In this document: in pieces, positions 9,853 to 20,439 of the stretch | Layout of the letters: each line of letters begins with the position of its first letter | Position numbering within the stretch: position 1 is the first letter of the stretch | Assembly: GCA_902492205.1 (NCBI GenBank) | Contig: CABUKU010000001.1 | Span: 295,218-359,217 of the forward strand | Reading direction: 5' to 3' | DNA from: an uncultured Bacteroides sp. | Lineage (GTDB): Bacteria > Bacteroidota > Bacteroidia > Bacteroidales > Bacteroidaceae | Length of the DNA: 64,000 nucleotides | Notes under the pieces: generated by a model | What the model saw: only the letters and a program-made list of their open reading frames with translations | Database searches by the model: none | Told to the model about the DNA's origin: nothing | Position numbers and translations under genes: made by a program

Positions 9853-10923
9853 ATGAAGATATTAGTTATCAATCCCGGTTCTACTTCGACAAAAATTGCC
9901 GTATATAACAATGAACATGTTATTTTGCAGAAAACCATTCGTCATCAGGCAGAAGAACTTATACCTTATAATAAAGTAATAGACCAATACGCTTTTCGCA
10001 AAGCTTTGATTCTGGAACAACTTGCAGCAGAGCAATGTCCGTTGGATTTTGATGCTGTGATAGGTCGGGGAGGGCTTTTAAAACCTATATCAAGTGGCGT
10101 TTATGAAGTAAATGACCGAATGAAACATGATTTATGTCATGCCACAATGGAACATGCATGTAACCTCGGTGCTCTGCTTGCCGATGAAATAGCTTCCGAA
10201 ATTCCGAATTGCAAAGCATACATAGCCGATCCGGTTGTTGTTGATGAATTACAAAATGTAGCCCGGATTACAGGTTCTCCTTTATTGCCTAAACAATCCA
10301 TATTTCATGCACTGAATCAAAAAGCGGTAGCACGCAGATATGCCAAAAGTATAAGAACGCCCTATGAAGACCTCAATTTGATTGTTGCTCATTTGGGAGG
10401 GGGTATTTCGGTAGCTGCTCATCATAAGGGCAGGGTGATTGATGTGAATAATGCGTTGAATGGGAGCGGTCCCTTTTCTCCTGAACGTGCAGGAACTTTG
10501 CCTGCTATGCAATTGGTAGATCTTTGCTTTGACGGGGAGTATTCTAAGGAGCAAATCTGTAAAATGATAAGTGGTAAAGGAGGATTAATGGCACATACCG
10601 GCAGTACCGATGTACAACAGTTAGTGAAAGATGCTGCAACGGACAGTGATAAAGCTTTGTTGCTTGCTGCCATGATTTATAATATAACTAAGGAGATAGC
10701 TTCTTTACCCGTTGTCTTTCCGGTAGACGAAATTAGAAACATTGATGCGGTTATTCTTACCGGGGGAATTGCTTATAATGAATATATCACAAAGCAAATT
10801 ACCGAAAGGGTTAATTTCATAGCTCCGGTAGTGGTTTATCCCGGAGAAGATGAAATGGAAGCACTTGCTTTTAATGCTTTAATGGCTCTGCAAGGAGAAG
10901 TTACGGTGAAAGAATACTGTTGA
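9853..10923 (+). CDS. buk: Butyrate (branched-chain carboxylate) kinase
   Basis: INPGSTSTK, GRGGLL, HACNLG, HALNQKA, HLGGGIS, PGEDEMEAL. Confidence 0.92.
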   Translation: MKILVINPGSTSTKIAVYNNEHVILQKTIRHQAEELIPYNKVIDQYAFRKALILEQLAAEQCPLDFDAVIGRGGLLKPISSGVYEVNDRMKHDLCHATMEHACNLGALLADEIASEIPNCKAYIADPVVVDELQNVARITGSPLLPKQSIFHALNQKAVARRYAKSIRTPYEDLNLIVAHLGGGISVAAHHKGRVIDVNNALNGSGPFSPERAGTLPAMQLVDLCFDGEYSKEQICKMISGKGGLMAHTGSTDVQQLVKDAATDSDKALLLAAMIYNITKEIASLPVVFPVDEIRNIDAVILTGGIAYNEYITKQITERVNFIAPVVVYPGEDEMEALAFNALMALQGEVTVKEYC

Positions 10924-11288
10924 AGCCGGATACTTTGTAGCTAAAATGTTAATTTAAGGATGTAAATAGGGCAATCTTATTTGCTGACATTTGCTTAAAC
11001 AGGAATTGAAACAACTTTTCCGAAGTTTTAATTTTGCTATGTATTAGACCTGATTTAACACTATTTTGTCGGGAAATCGTAAGCATGCTCTAAACTCTTT
11101 ATCTATTATGGTTACAGTAACTTGTCAAACTGATATTAACTTTTTTTAGCTTCAATAAAAATTTAGTTTCCTTTTCTCTTTTTTATTTAGAAATATTCTA
11201 TACATTTGTGGCGATAGTTAGGGCAAAAGCAATAGAGTTGTAATGCCCCCTATAATGAGCTAATATTATTAACCTAACAAACAGTATT

Positions 11289-14200
11289 ATGTTTAAACCA
11301 CTCAAATCAGTAAGCATGCTGTTGCTCTTGTCTGCCATGTCGGCAGGAGTTTCTTACGCGGTTCCGGCTAATGGAACAACAGGCGTAAGTGTTACACAGC
11401 AAGACGGTACATGTAAAGGTGTAGTAAAAGACAAAACAGGTGAAGCTATTATCGGAGCTTCCGTAGTGGTAAAAGGCACTACGAATGGTGTAATTACCGA
11501 CTTAGACGGTAATTTTATTATTTCCAATGTTCCTAGCGGAGCAACAATCTCAATTTCTTATGTTGGTTATACCCCTCAGGAAGTGAAATACACGGGTAAA
11601 CCATTAAACATCACTTTACAAGAAGACACACAGACTCTTGACGAAGTCGTTGTTACGGCTTTGGGTATCAAGCGCCAGAAGAGATCTCTCGGTTACTCTA
11701 CTACAACAGTAGGCGGTGACGATTTCACTCAGGCACGTGATATTAACGTAGGTAATGCACTTTCCGGTAAGATTGCCGGTGTTTCCGTATCAGGAAATGC
11801 TACCGGTGCCGGTGGTAGTAGCCGTATCGTAATTCGTGGTAATGCTTCTTTGACAGGAAACAACCAGCCGCTTTATGTAATTGATGGTGTTCCATTTGAT
11901 AATACTAACCTTGGTAGCGCAGGAACTTGGGGTGGTATGGATATGGGTGACGGTTTGTCAAACATCAGCCCGGATGATATCGCAGATATTCAAGTATTGA
12001 AAGGTGCTGCTGCATCTGCACTTTATGGTTATCGCGGTGGTAACGGTGCTATCTTGATTACTACCAAAACAGGCCAGAAAGGTAAACCGGTCAGCGTTGA
12101 GTTCAACAACAACTTGACTTTCAACACAATCTATGATTACCGTGATTTCCAGGATGTTTACGGTCAGGGAACTAACGGACAACGTCCGATGGATAAAGAT
12201 GCTGCAAAAGCAACAGAAACATCAAGTTGGGGTGAAATTATGGATGGTGGAAAGGCAGTTAACTTCTTAGGAAATGAATATGCATATTCTCCTATTAATA
12301 ACTGGAAGAATTTCTATCGTACCGGTATCAACAATTCAACTTCTTTGGCTGTAAGCGGTGCAACGGATAAGATTACTTATCGTTTTGGTATATCAAACAT
12401 GTATGATAAGAGTATCCTGCCTAATTCTAATATCAGCCAGCAGGGTATTAACATGAACACTACTTATGATATTACTTCAAAACTTCATTTGATGGTGAAT
12501 GCCAACTATGTATTTGAGAAGTTCAAAGGTCGTGCCAACTTGTCAGACGGTAATGGTAATACCAATGCTTCTTTGCTTTATCATGCTAATTCATTCGATA
12601 TTCGCTGGATGGAACGTGAAAATCCAAACTGCGATTGGGGTACTACAGCAGACGGCAAAGAAATGATTGGCGGTACTAACGTTTATTTCAATAATCCATA
12701 TTGGTTACAGTACAGAAAGACAAATGATACTAACAAGAATCGTTTGACTGGCGGTATCACTTTGAAATATGACATTTTTGATTGGTTATATGTTCAGGGT
12801 GCTGTGACTCGTGATGGTTATAACTTAGATTTTAAGCAAGTTCAGCCAATGGGGGCTGCTGCCGATGCTGTAGGTTTCATGACAGAATACTCAAAGAGTT
12901 TCTCAGAAATGAACTTGAATTATTTAATCGGATTTAATAAGGAATTTGGTAAATGGAGCGTAGGTGCAACTCTTGGTGGCAACCGTCAACGTAACATTAC
13001 TAAGCAATATATTGCTGACGGCGTTCGTCCGTTCCTTGTTCCCGGATTTAACTCAGTAAACAACGTAGGTAACCGTCCGTTTACCAAGAAATATACCGAA
13101 TATCAGGTAAACTCAGTTTATGCTACTGCCGATTTAGGTTTCAAGAATCAAGTATTCTTGAACTTGACAGGACGTAATGACTGGTTCTCTACTTTGAATC
13201 CGGATAGTAACCATTATTTCTATCCTTCAGTAGGTCTGTCATGGGTATTCACTGATACTTTCCATGCTCCGGATTGGTTCACTTTCGGTAAAGTTCGCGC
13301 TTCTTATGCATCTGCATCTAACGGTACAGAGGCTTATCAGAACTATTTGACTTATAAGTTGAATGACTATAAGTTGAACGGTCAATCTAACGCAACTGTT
13401 AACAATGACAATATTCCTAATGCAAACTTGAAACCGGTTCGTATTTCAGAATGGGAAGTTGGTTTGAATTTGGCATTCATGGATAACCGTTTGTCATTCG
13501 ATATGGCATATTATATTAAGAATACCAAAGACGATATTGCTAAAGTAACTGTCAGTGGAGCTTCCGGTTTTGGTTCAGCTATTATGAATGTAGGTGAAAT
13601 CAAGAATACAGGTTTTGAATTCATGGTAAATGCAGTTCCTGTTAGAACAAGAAACTTCATGTGGAATTCTACTTTCAATATTGCATACAATGACAGTGAA
13701 GTAAAATATTTAGGTGAAGGTGTTGAAAAATTAAGTATCGATGGTGCATCTGCACGTAGCGGTAACGTAACTGTTCAAAGTATCGTAGGTCAGCCTTACG
13801 GTGAGTTGGTAGGTTACAAATACAAACGTGTAGACGGTCAGATCGTTTATGAAAACGGTATCGCTCAACATTCAGACGAACTTGAAAATCTTGGTACAGG
13901 AGTTTATAAGGTAACCGGTGGATGGCGTAATGAATTTACTTACAAAGACTTTACTCTTTCATTCTTGCTTGACTTCAAAGCCGGAGCTAAATTGTTCTCA
14001 GGAACTAACTACACTCTTTACAGCAATGGTCTTCACAAGAATACATTAACCGGACGCGGTGCTCACGGTAACGGTAGTATTGTAGGTAAGGGTGTGATGC
14101 CGGTTAAGAATGCTGCCGGTGAAGTAACAGGATATGTTCCTAATACAGTTGCAGTTACAGCTCAGGAATATTGGCAAGGTATTGTAAGCAATAATATCGC

Positions 14201-14465
14201 TGAAGAATTTACTTATAATGCAAGCTTCATTAAATTGCGTGAATTATCTTTAGGATATACTTTCCCGCAGTCATTGCTTGGCAAACAAAAGTTGGTAAAA
14301 GGTTTAACAGTTTCTTTGGTAGGACGTAACCTTTGGACTATTTTGAAGCATACGGATAACATTGATCCGGAATCTGCTTACAATAACACTAACGGACAAG
14401 GTCTGGAATTGAACGGTTATCCGGCAACCAGAAGTGTGGGATTCAACCTAAACGTCAAGTTCTAA
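11289..14465 (+). CDS. SusC/RagA TonB-dependent transporter
   Basis: GVITDLDGNF, LDEVVVTALG, PLYVIDGVP, VLKGAAASALYG, C-terminal YP..R..GFNLNVKF. Confidence 0.95.
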   Translation: MFKPLKSVSMLLLLSAMSAGVSYAVPANGTTGVSVTQQDGTCKGVVKDKTGEAIIGASVVVKGTTNGVITDLDGNFIISNVPSGATISISYVGYTPQEVKYTGKPLNITLQEDTQTLDEVVVTALGIKRQKRSLGYSTTTVGGDDFTQARDINVGNALSGKIAGVSVSGNATGAGGSSRIVIRGNASLTGNNQPLYVIDGVPFDNTNLGSAGTWGGMDMGDGLSNISPDDIADIQVLKGAAASALYGYRGGNGAILITTKTGQKGKPVSVEFNNNLTFNTIYDYRDFQDVYGQGTNGQRPMDKDAAKATETSSWGEIMDGGKAVNFLGNEYAYSPINNWKNFYRTGINNSTSLAVSGATDKITYRFGISNMYDKSILPNSNISQQGINMNTTYDITSKLHLMVNANYVFEKFKGRANLSDGNGNTNASLLYHANSFDIRWMERENPNCDWGTTADGKEMIGGTNVYFNNPYWLQYRKTNDTNKNRLTGGITLKYDIFDWLYVQGAVTRDGYNLDFKQVQPMGAAADAVGFMTEYSKSFSEMNLNYLIGFNKEFGKWSVGATLGGNRQRNITKQYIADGVRPFLVPGFNSVNNVGNRPFTKKYTEYQVNSVYATADLGFKNQVFLNLTGRNDWFSTLNPDSNHYFYPSVGLSWVFTDTFHAPDWFTFGKVRASYASASNGTEAYQNYLTYKLNDYKLNGQSNATVNNDNIPNANLKPVRISEWEVGLNLAFMDNRLSFDMAYYIKNTKDDIAKVTVSGASGFGSAIMNVGEIKNTGFEFMVNAVPVRTRNFMWNSTFNIAYNDSEVKYLGEGVEKLSIDGASARSGNVTVQSIVGQPYGELVGYKYKRVDGQIVYENGIAQHSDELENLGTGVYKVTGGWRNEFTYKDFTLSFLLDFKAGAKLFSGTNYTLYSNGLHKNTLTGRGAHGNGSIVGKGVMPVKNAAGEVTGYVPNTVAVTAQEYWQGIVSNNIAEEFTYNASFIKLRELSLGYTFPQSLLGKQKLVKGLTVSLVGRNLWTILKHTDNIDPESAYNNTNGQGLELNGYPATRSVGFNLNVKF

Positions 14466-14483
14466 TTTAAAAAGATTACAACG

Positions 14484-16115
14484 ATGAAAAAATTACTTTT
14501 ATATACATTTGCAGCATTCAGCTTGATGGGTTTAACCACGAGCTGTAGCGACTTCGGGGATGTTAACAATGATCCCGAACACTTGAATCCTGAAAACATG
14601 GATTACAAGCTGATGTTTACACAAGTGCAAACGCAGATTTGCGGTTCCGACTGGGATGTATGGCGTAACGGATGTATCTATGCGGCAAACATGATGCAGC
14701 ATACTACTTCAGCCGACTGGAGCCAGGGAGTATTCTACACTTGGTCTAACGACTATAATGCAGCATATTGGGATGGTTTCTATAAAGGAGGCCGTGCAGC
14801 TATCCGCAACATTATTGAAGTAATGGAAAGATGGAAAGATAATCCTGCTTATACCAATGAAATCCAGTATTGCCGCGTAATGAAGGCTTACATGTTTCAG
14901 CGTATGACAGATATGTATGGTGATGTTCCTTATTTTGATGCCGGTAAAGGTGCTTTAGGTGGTGAACTTTATCCAAAATACGATACTCAGGAAGCTATTT
15001 ATGACGATTTGTTGAAAGAGCTCGATGAAGTTAATACAGCATTGAAAACTCCTTCATCAACCAATAGCATTAGTGGAGCAGACCTTATTTATGCAGGTAA
15101 AGCTGATAAATGGAGAATGTTTGCTAACTCTTTGATGCTTCGTGTAGCTATGCGTTTAACGAAGGTAGCTCCCGACAAAGCTGCTACTTGGGCACAAAAA
15201 GCTGTAACCAACGGTTTGTTTGCAAGTGCTGATGATGAGGCTATCCTTAAGCATTCGGATGGTTCGACATCTAATGACTCTGCAGAACCTTACGGAAAGA
15301 TTTTTTCAGAATCTGATCCTCAGGCATTTTACATGAGTAAGTATTTTATTGATGAATTGAAGAACACAAATGATCCTCGTCTGCGTATGATCGCAACTAA
15401 ATGTGAAAAACCAAAGACTCAATGGTCTGCAGGCAATGACTTTGATTTGGGTGATAATACTAAGGAATTGATCGGTATGCCTATCGGATATGAAACAGGT
15501 GACGGTGCTTGGAGTATTAAGAAAGCTGACGGTTATCCCGGTGATGCATTGTGGAGAAGTCATTATGCACTTCCTAACCGTAAAACTTATGCTCGTCCCG
15601 ATGTTCCTACAATGCTTGTAACCTTTGCAGAGAATCAATTGTTATTGGCTGACGCTGCTGCCCGCGGTATTATTGCAGGTGGAAAAACAGAAGCTGAAAA
15701 ACATTTTAAGGACGGTGTGAAAGCTGCCATGAAACAGTTCTCTTATTATTCTGCCGCATCTGCAGACTATAAGACATACTTGAATGATGTTGCTGTTCAA
15801 ACATATTTGGATTCTCGTGCAGACGAATTTAATGCAAATCCGGAAAAAGAAATTGGTTGGCAGTATTACATCAATACTTTCTGTGATGAGTATGAAACAT
15901 TTGCTAACTGGCGTCGTACAGGTTATCCTGAATTGAAATCCGTTTATGCTCAAGGAAGACCGGAGAACTATCCAAATAGTGTATCAACAGAAATTCCACG
16001 TCGCTTCACTTATCCAACTGCTGAATCACAAGATAATACAGTTAACTATAATGAAGCTGTAAAGAGACTTAACGGTGGCGATAAGATGACTTCACGTGTT
16101 TGGTGGGATAAATAA
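14484..16115 (+). CDS. SusD/RagB nutrient-binding lipoprotein
   Basis: Lipobox LTTSC, TDMYGDVPY, WRRTGYP, IPRRFTYP, RVWWDK; follows susC. Confidence 0.93.
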   Translation: MKKLLLYTFAAFSLMGLTTSCSDFGDVNNDPEHLNPENMDYKLMFTQVQTQICGSDWDVWRNGCIYAANMMQHTTSADWSQGVFYTWSNDYNAAYWDGFYKGGRAAIRNIIEVMERWKDNPAYTNEIQYCRVMKAYMFQRMTDMYGDVPYFDAGKGALGGELYPKYDTQEAIYDDLLKELDEVNTALKTPSSTNSISGADLIYAGKADKWRMFANSLMLRVAMRLTKVAPDKAATWAQKAVTNGLFASADDEAILKHSDGSTSNDSAEPYGKIFSESDPQAFYMSKYFIDELKNTNDPRLRMIATKCEKPKTQWSAGNDFDLGDNTKELIGMPIGYETGDGAWSIKKADGYPGDALWRSHYALPNRKTYARPDVPTMLVTFAENQLLLADAAARGIIAGGKTEAEKHFKDGVKAAMKQFSYYSAASADYKTYLNDVAVQTYLDSRADEFNANPEKEIGWQYYINTFCDEYETFANWRRTGYPELKSVYAQGRPENYPNSVSTEIPRRFTYPTAESQDNTVNYNEAVKRLNGGDKMTSRVWWDK

Positions 16116-16126
16116 TAAATTATAAA

Positions 16127-16999
16127 ATGAAGATAACAATGAAAAATAGAATCCATATATCGATGGCTGCGGTAGCGACAGCACTGCTCCTCTTTAGCGC
16201 ATGTGAGGGAGATCGTGATCCTGTTGTGGATCTTCCAAGCTCAACTGGCGTTGAGATTTCTAATTACGATAACATAAATGTAGGTTTCGTTCTATATAAC
16301 AGTACATATACTATTCCGGTAAAGGGATGTTCGGTTATTGGAATTCCTGCAGGTGAATATTCTATGTTTGCAACTACTACTCATAACGGTGTGGATATTG
16401 CAAATGATGGGACTATGTCAATGAAGTCTGAGAAAAAAGAAATTATATTATCAACTGGAACAGAGACTTGGAATGTTGTTCCAACTCCTTCTGCATTCTC
16501 TATGGTTACTGTAGATAGCAAAGTGAATGTTGCAGAAGGTGCAACAGTTTCCGTGCAGGTTCCTGATATGAAAGCAATGACTCGTACTCTATCTCTTACT
16601 TTCAAGGTAGATGGTATTGACAAGGATAAAGTGGACAAATGCGAGATTTACTTGAGTGGAGTACTTCGTAAACAAAATTATCCCGGAACATTCTTGGATC
16701 AGAGCTTATCGACTAATGGTGATGGTACCACTTATTCTATGACAGGTTCTAAATCGCTTGGTGAAAATGATACTGAATTTAAATTATCATTCCCATTGTT
16801 AGGTTTGGATTCTAAGGTAGCAACATCGCTAACTACTAAGATCTATATTAAAGATGTGGCAGAGCCGATTAGAGTTGACTTAGCTGCTGCAGCTCTTGCT
16901 AACTTTAATACAGGTACAAGTGAAGTTAGTTTAAGTAATACTTTCACTGTAACTGAGACAAGTGGCAGTTATACTGCTACAGGCGGCACATGGGAATAA
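16127..16999 (+). CDS. Hypothetical surface lipoprotein
   Basis: LLLFSAC lipobox, beta-rich Ser/Thr-rich sequence; third gene of the susCD unit. Confidence 0.7.
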   Translation: MKITMKNRIHISMAAVATALLLFSACEGDRDPVVDLPSSTGVEISNYDNINVGFVLYNSTYTIPVKGCSVIGIPAGEYSMFATTTHNGVDIANDGTMSMKSEKKEIILSTGTETWNVVPTPSAFSMVTVDSKVNVAEGATVSVQVPDMKAMTRTLSLTFKVDGIDKDKVDKCEIYLSGVLRKQNYPGTFLDQSLSTNGDGTTYSMTGSKSLGENDTEFKLSFPLLGLDSKVATSLTTKIYIKDVAEPIRVDLAAAALANFNTGTSEVSLSNTFTVTETSGSYTATGGTWE

Positions 17000-17025
17000 T
17001 ACACTAGTGTTATATATATGAAAAT

Positions 17026-17059
17026 GAGGATGTCCCGTGATGGACATCCTCTTTTTTTT
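17026..17059 (+). terminator. Intrinsic terminator of the susC-susD-lipoprotein operon
   Basis: GAGGATGTCC-cgtgat-GGACATCCTC followed by T8. Confidence 0.85.
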
Positions 17060-17130
17060 ATGAACAAATTGACTTAAGTATATGTTATAATCCATATACT
17101 GTTTTGAGTGAAATAATAAAGAACACAAAT

Positions 17131-18171
17131 ATGGAAAATCAAACAGATCGGACTAACATGCAAAATGCCTATTCATTGGCGGGACTTGTAACGCTTTCAT
17201 TGCGTTTGATCATTGGCTGGACTTATTTCTCTGCTTTCTGGCGACGGATTATCTTAGAAAATAAGCTTGATCCGGATGTAGCAGGATATGTAGGCGAGAA
17301 GTTTAATCATTTTCTGCCTAACGCATTGGGAATACAATCCTTAATTGAGTATCTCGTTACTCACCCCGAATTACTGTTTTGGGCGATGATCCTTTTTACA
17401 ATCATTGAGGGAGTAGTGGGACTTTCTATTATGTTTGGTTTCATGACTCGCCTGATGAGTCTCGGAGTTATGGGACTTGCCGGAGGAATCCTTTTAGGCT
17501 CCGGTTGGCTGGGAACGACCTGTCTTGACGAATGGCAGATAGGAATTCTCGGTGTGTCGGGAGGATTTGCATCACTTTTAGCTGGTGGAGGAAAGTATTC
17601 GATAGATTATTGGCTGACAAACAAATCCGTATGGATAAAGAACAGGAAGTGGCTTGTTTGGCTAACTTCGGGTGTTCTTCCTGTTAAAGAGTATGCATTG
17701 AATAAAGTAGTCCTCATCGGAGCGGTAGCAATATTTGTACTTTCTCTTTTCACTAACCAATACTTTCATAACGGAGTATGGGGACCGCTGCACAATAAAT
17801 CGGTTAAACCCAAAATTGAAATTCCGGATGCCGGAGTAAAAGACGGCGCATTGACCTTTGGCGTATATCGTGTGGAAGGCGCCGATGTTTATGGCTCTTT
17901 CCTGATTGGTGTTACTTTGACGGATGAAAGCGGAAATATTATTTTTAATGAGAATGGCGAACAACTGGCGGGGCTTCCGCAGACTGCAATCAGCAATGAG
18001 TATGTGGCAAAAGTAAAGCCGGGAGCACATAGCTTGGTTATCCCTTTGGGAGCAAAAGCTTCGGTCACGTTAAAGGATGATTCTTTGCGTTCATTGGAAA
18101 AAGGGAATTATAAACTTGTGTTGACCGATATAAGCGGAATCACTTGGGAAAAGGAGATTGTTATCCCCTGA
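17131..18171 (+). CDS. DoxD/DoxA-like fused membrane protein (TQO small-subunit family)
   Basis: LRLIIGWTYFSAFWRR, GWLGTTCLDEWQIG, HNGVWGPLHN, YRVEGADVYGSF. Confidence 0.8.
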   Translation: MENQTDRTNMQNAYSLAGLVTLSLRLIIGWTYFSAFWRRIILENKLDPDVAGYVGEKFNHFLPNALGIQSLIEYLVTHPELLFWAMILFTIIEGVVGLSIMFGFMTRLMSLGVMGLAGGILLGSGWLGTTCLDEWQIGILGVSGGFASLLAGGGKYSIDYWLTNKSVWIKNRKWLVWLTSGVLPVKEYALNKVVLIGAVAIFVLSLFTNQYFHNGVWGPLHNKSVKPKIEIPDAGVKDGALTFGVYRVEGADVYGSFLIGVTLTDESGNIIFNENGEQLAGLPQTAISNEYVAKVKPGAHSLVIPLGAKASVTLKDDSLRSLEKGNYKLVLTDISGITWEKEIVIP

Positions 18172-18187
18172 ATAGCGAATGTTTTGT

Positions 18188-18280
18188 TTTTACCTTCAAA
18201 TGTTCATTTAACATTTAAGAGATTCAGTATAAAAAAGATACAGTGAACATTTAACTACTTTAATGTCCACTTTATCTTCA
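18188..18280. repeat. Left arm of 93-bp imperfect inverted repeat (pairs with 20437-20529)
   Basis: Manual ungapped alignment to the reverse complement of 20437-20529 gives 72/93 identities, with an exact 19-nt outer block TTTTACCTTCAAATGTTCA and exact blocks TGAACATTTAACT and TCCACTTTATCTTCA. Confidence 0.85.
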
Positions 18281-18288
18281 TTTTATCT

Positions 18289-18900
18289 TCATCGCCGATA
18301 GTTTCCGTCTGCAGGTACGTAAATCGGAAATTTGTGTATTCCTTCTTTCTTCAATTTGCCTGCCGTCACCAATTCATGCAGTCGGCGTGTTGCAGTTGAT
18401 TTCCTGAGACCTGCTATCTGCTGAAATTCTTTGCGGGTGACATAGTTGTTATCCATGAAATGTTTGGTGAGAATATCGTCGATCTCGATGGTGCTGTAAT
18501 TATTGGAATGTTTCTTTGTTTCCGCCCGTTTGAGATGTAATACATTGAATTCGTCTTTCAGTTTCTTTTCCGGACGGAAAGAAACATTCTTGAAGCGCAC
18601 CACTTCCGAACGTACTCCCAGGGCAGATTTCACGGGTGGGCAACTGAGCGTCAAGTTAAAAGAACCCAATCCGTCGATGTGCACCGTGTTTCCGCTTTGG
18701 AGCGATTCTATCATTACATCTTTGAGTGCACAAAGTGTTGCATGTATGTCTCCCTTTGTCAGGGTGCATCTGCTGTGGATTATTTCCGTCAATTTATCCG
18801 TTCCTACTGTGTAATAAGGTACTACGCGCGCGTGCATTCTTGGTTTGCGGGTTTCTCCTTTTTTCGGAGGATTCGTATACAAATCGTATTCAATAGCCAT
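18289..18900 (-). CDS. Bacteroidetes HU-like DNA-binding protein with C-terminal HTH extension
   Basis: IHSRCTLTKGDI...GNTVHIDGLGSF...VSFRPEKKLK core; C-terminal TRKEFQQIAGLRKSTATRRLHEL. Confidence 0.85.
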   Translation of the reverse strand: MAIEYDLYTNPPKKGETRKPRMHARVVPYYTVGTDKLTEIIHSRCTLTKGDIHATLCALKDVMIESLQSGNTVHIDGLGSFNLTLSCPPVKSALGVRSEVVRFKNVSFRPEKKLKDEFNVLHLKRAETKKHSNNYSTIEIDDILTKHFMDNNYVTRKEFQQIAGLRKSTATRRLHELVTAGKLKKEGIHKFPIYVPADGNYRR

Positions 18901-18951
18901 TTTTTTTTCCGTAAATGAGTTTATACTTTTATTTTAGTCCTTATAAAGTTA

Positions 18952-19039
18952 TCGACTCACCGAGGTGAGTCGATTGATTTACCAAGGTGAACCGATTGAA
19001 TCGCCCGGGTGAACCAATCGGTTTACCCGGGTGATTCGA
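18952..19039. repeat. Tandem array of four 22-bp quasi-palindromic units (array 1)
   Basis: TCGACTCACCGAGGTGAGTCGA / TTGATTTACCAAGGTGAACCGA / TTGAATCGCCCGGGTGAACCAA / TCGGTTTACCCGGGTGATTCGA. Confidence 0.85.
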
Positions 19040-19053
19040 TAAGTTTTTCAGAT

Positions 19054-19061
19054 CAAATGTA
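19054..19061 (-). promoter_or_regulatory. Bacteroidetes -7 promoter element for the HU-like gene
   Basis: TACATTTG on the minus strand matches TAnnTTTG. Confidence 0.55.
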
Positions 19062-19188
19062 CTACTTATTGCCGACTGTCGCAATAGTTTTCCCTGTTAT
19101 TTTTGTCAACTCATTTCTTTGATGAAATCACTCTTCAATATTTGCAAAACCGCATTCTTATAAAGTATCTTCGCTGAAAATATTAATT

Positions 19189-20439
19189 ATGAATTGTATG
19201 AAAAGATTGCAGAATTTAATGTGTAAGGTGTGGCAGATGTTGAGGGAAGTATGTATGTATCAACCGGTTCGGAAAATGTGCAGGGAGAAGAAAGCGTATT
19301 CCGGCAACAGCCTTATCAATCAATTAGAGGCGTTTTTGCGGGATAATTATGATTTCCGCTATAATTTGCTCACCGAATGCGCCGAATACCGTGAGAAGGG
19401 GAATAACAACCTTATTTTCCGCACGGTGAATCAACGGGTATTGAACAGTCTTTGCATTGGTGCACGCAAACAAGGCATGGATTGTTGGGACAGGGATGTG
19501 GCGCGCTATCTTTGTTCGGACAGCATAGCAGACTATCACCCGTTTCGTTTCTATATGGATAGTTTGCCGGAATGGGACGGGGAAGACCGTGTGTGTGCAT
19601 TGGCAAGAAGGGTATCTGCCGATACTTTGTGGACGAAAGGTTTCCACCGCTGGATGCTTGCCCTTGCCGCACAATGGATGGAACTGGACGGGATGCATGG
19701 AAACAGCGTTGCTCCTGTGTTGGTGAGTCGCAGGCAGGGAAGGCAGAAATCCACTTTCTGCAAACTGATTTTACCCGGAGAGTTGCAGGCGCATTATACG
19801 GATAGTTTTGATTTGAGTTCTTCCTCCGCTGCCGAGCAGAAACTGAGTACATTTGGTCTTATCAGCCTTGATGAAATGGACAAGTATTCGCCGAAAAAGA
19901 TGGCGGTATTGAAAAATCTGATGCAAATGGCGGGGTTGAATATCCGTAAAGCATATAAAAAGAATTTTGCATCGTTGCCCAGAATGGCATCTTTCATAGC
20001 TACTTCCAATGTAAAGGAACTGCTCACCGATCCGACAGGAAGCCGCCGTTTCCTTTGTGTTGAGGTGAATGAAAAGATTGATTGTTCTCCGTTGGCTTAC
20101 TTACAGCTTTATGCCCAGTTAAAAGCCGAATTGTTGTCGGGCAGTCGGTATTGGTTTACAAGTGAGGAGGAACAGGAAATAATGGAACATAACCTGTCTT
20201 TCTACAAAACACCGGTAGAGGAGGATGTTTTCCGTTCCTGTTTCCGTGTGCCGGGTGAGGGAGAAGCGGGAGTATTGCTAAGTGCCGCCGAAATTTTTCA
20301 ATGTTTGAAAAAGCATAATTCCGCTGCAATGGCAGGAATCACTGCCAAAGCTTTCTCACGTGTGCTCACAGCCATGAAAGTGGAGAAAGTGCATCGAAGT
20401 CAAGGGAATGTGTATAGGGTGATGCTGAATATTGAGTGA
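19189..20439 (+). CDS. VapE/VirE-like P-loop ATPase with DUF3874-type C-terminus, lacking a large N-terminal primase-like domain
   Basis: YDFRYNLLT, LPEWDGEDR, QGRQKSTF Walker A variant, LISLDEMD Walker B, ASFIATSN, LTDPTGSRRF. Confidence 0.85.
   Translation: MNCMKRLQNLMCKVWQMLREVCMYQPVRKMCREKKAYSGNSLINQLEAFLRDNYDFRYNLLTECAEYREKGNNNLIFRTVNQRVLNSLCIGARKQGMDCWDRDVARYLCSDSIADYHPFRFYMDSLPEWDGEDRVCALARRVSADTLWTKGFHRWMLALAAQWMELDGMHGNSVAPVLVSRRQGRQKSTFCKLILPGELQAHYTDSFDLSSSSAAEQKLSTFGLISLDEMDKYSPKKMAVLKNLMQMAGLNIRKAYKKNFASLPRMASFIATSNVKELLTDPTGSRRFLCVEVNEKIDCSPLAYLQLYAQLKAELLSGSRYWFTSEEEQEIMEHNLSFYKTPVEEDVFRSCFRVPGEGEAGVLLSAAEIFQCLKKHNSAAMAGITAKAFSRVLTAMKVEKVHRSQGNVYRVMLNIE

Noticed and set aside
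8935..10923. ptb-buk as a novel butyrate pathway
   Set aside because: The pair is common in Bacteroides and nothing here distinguishes this copy.
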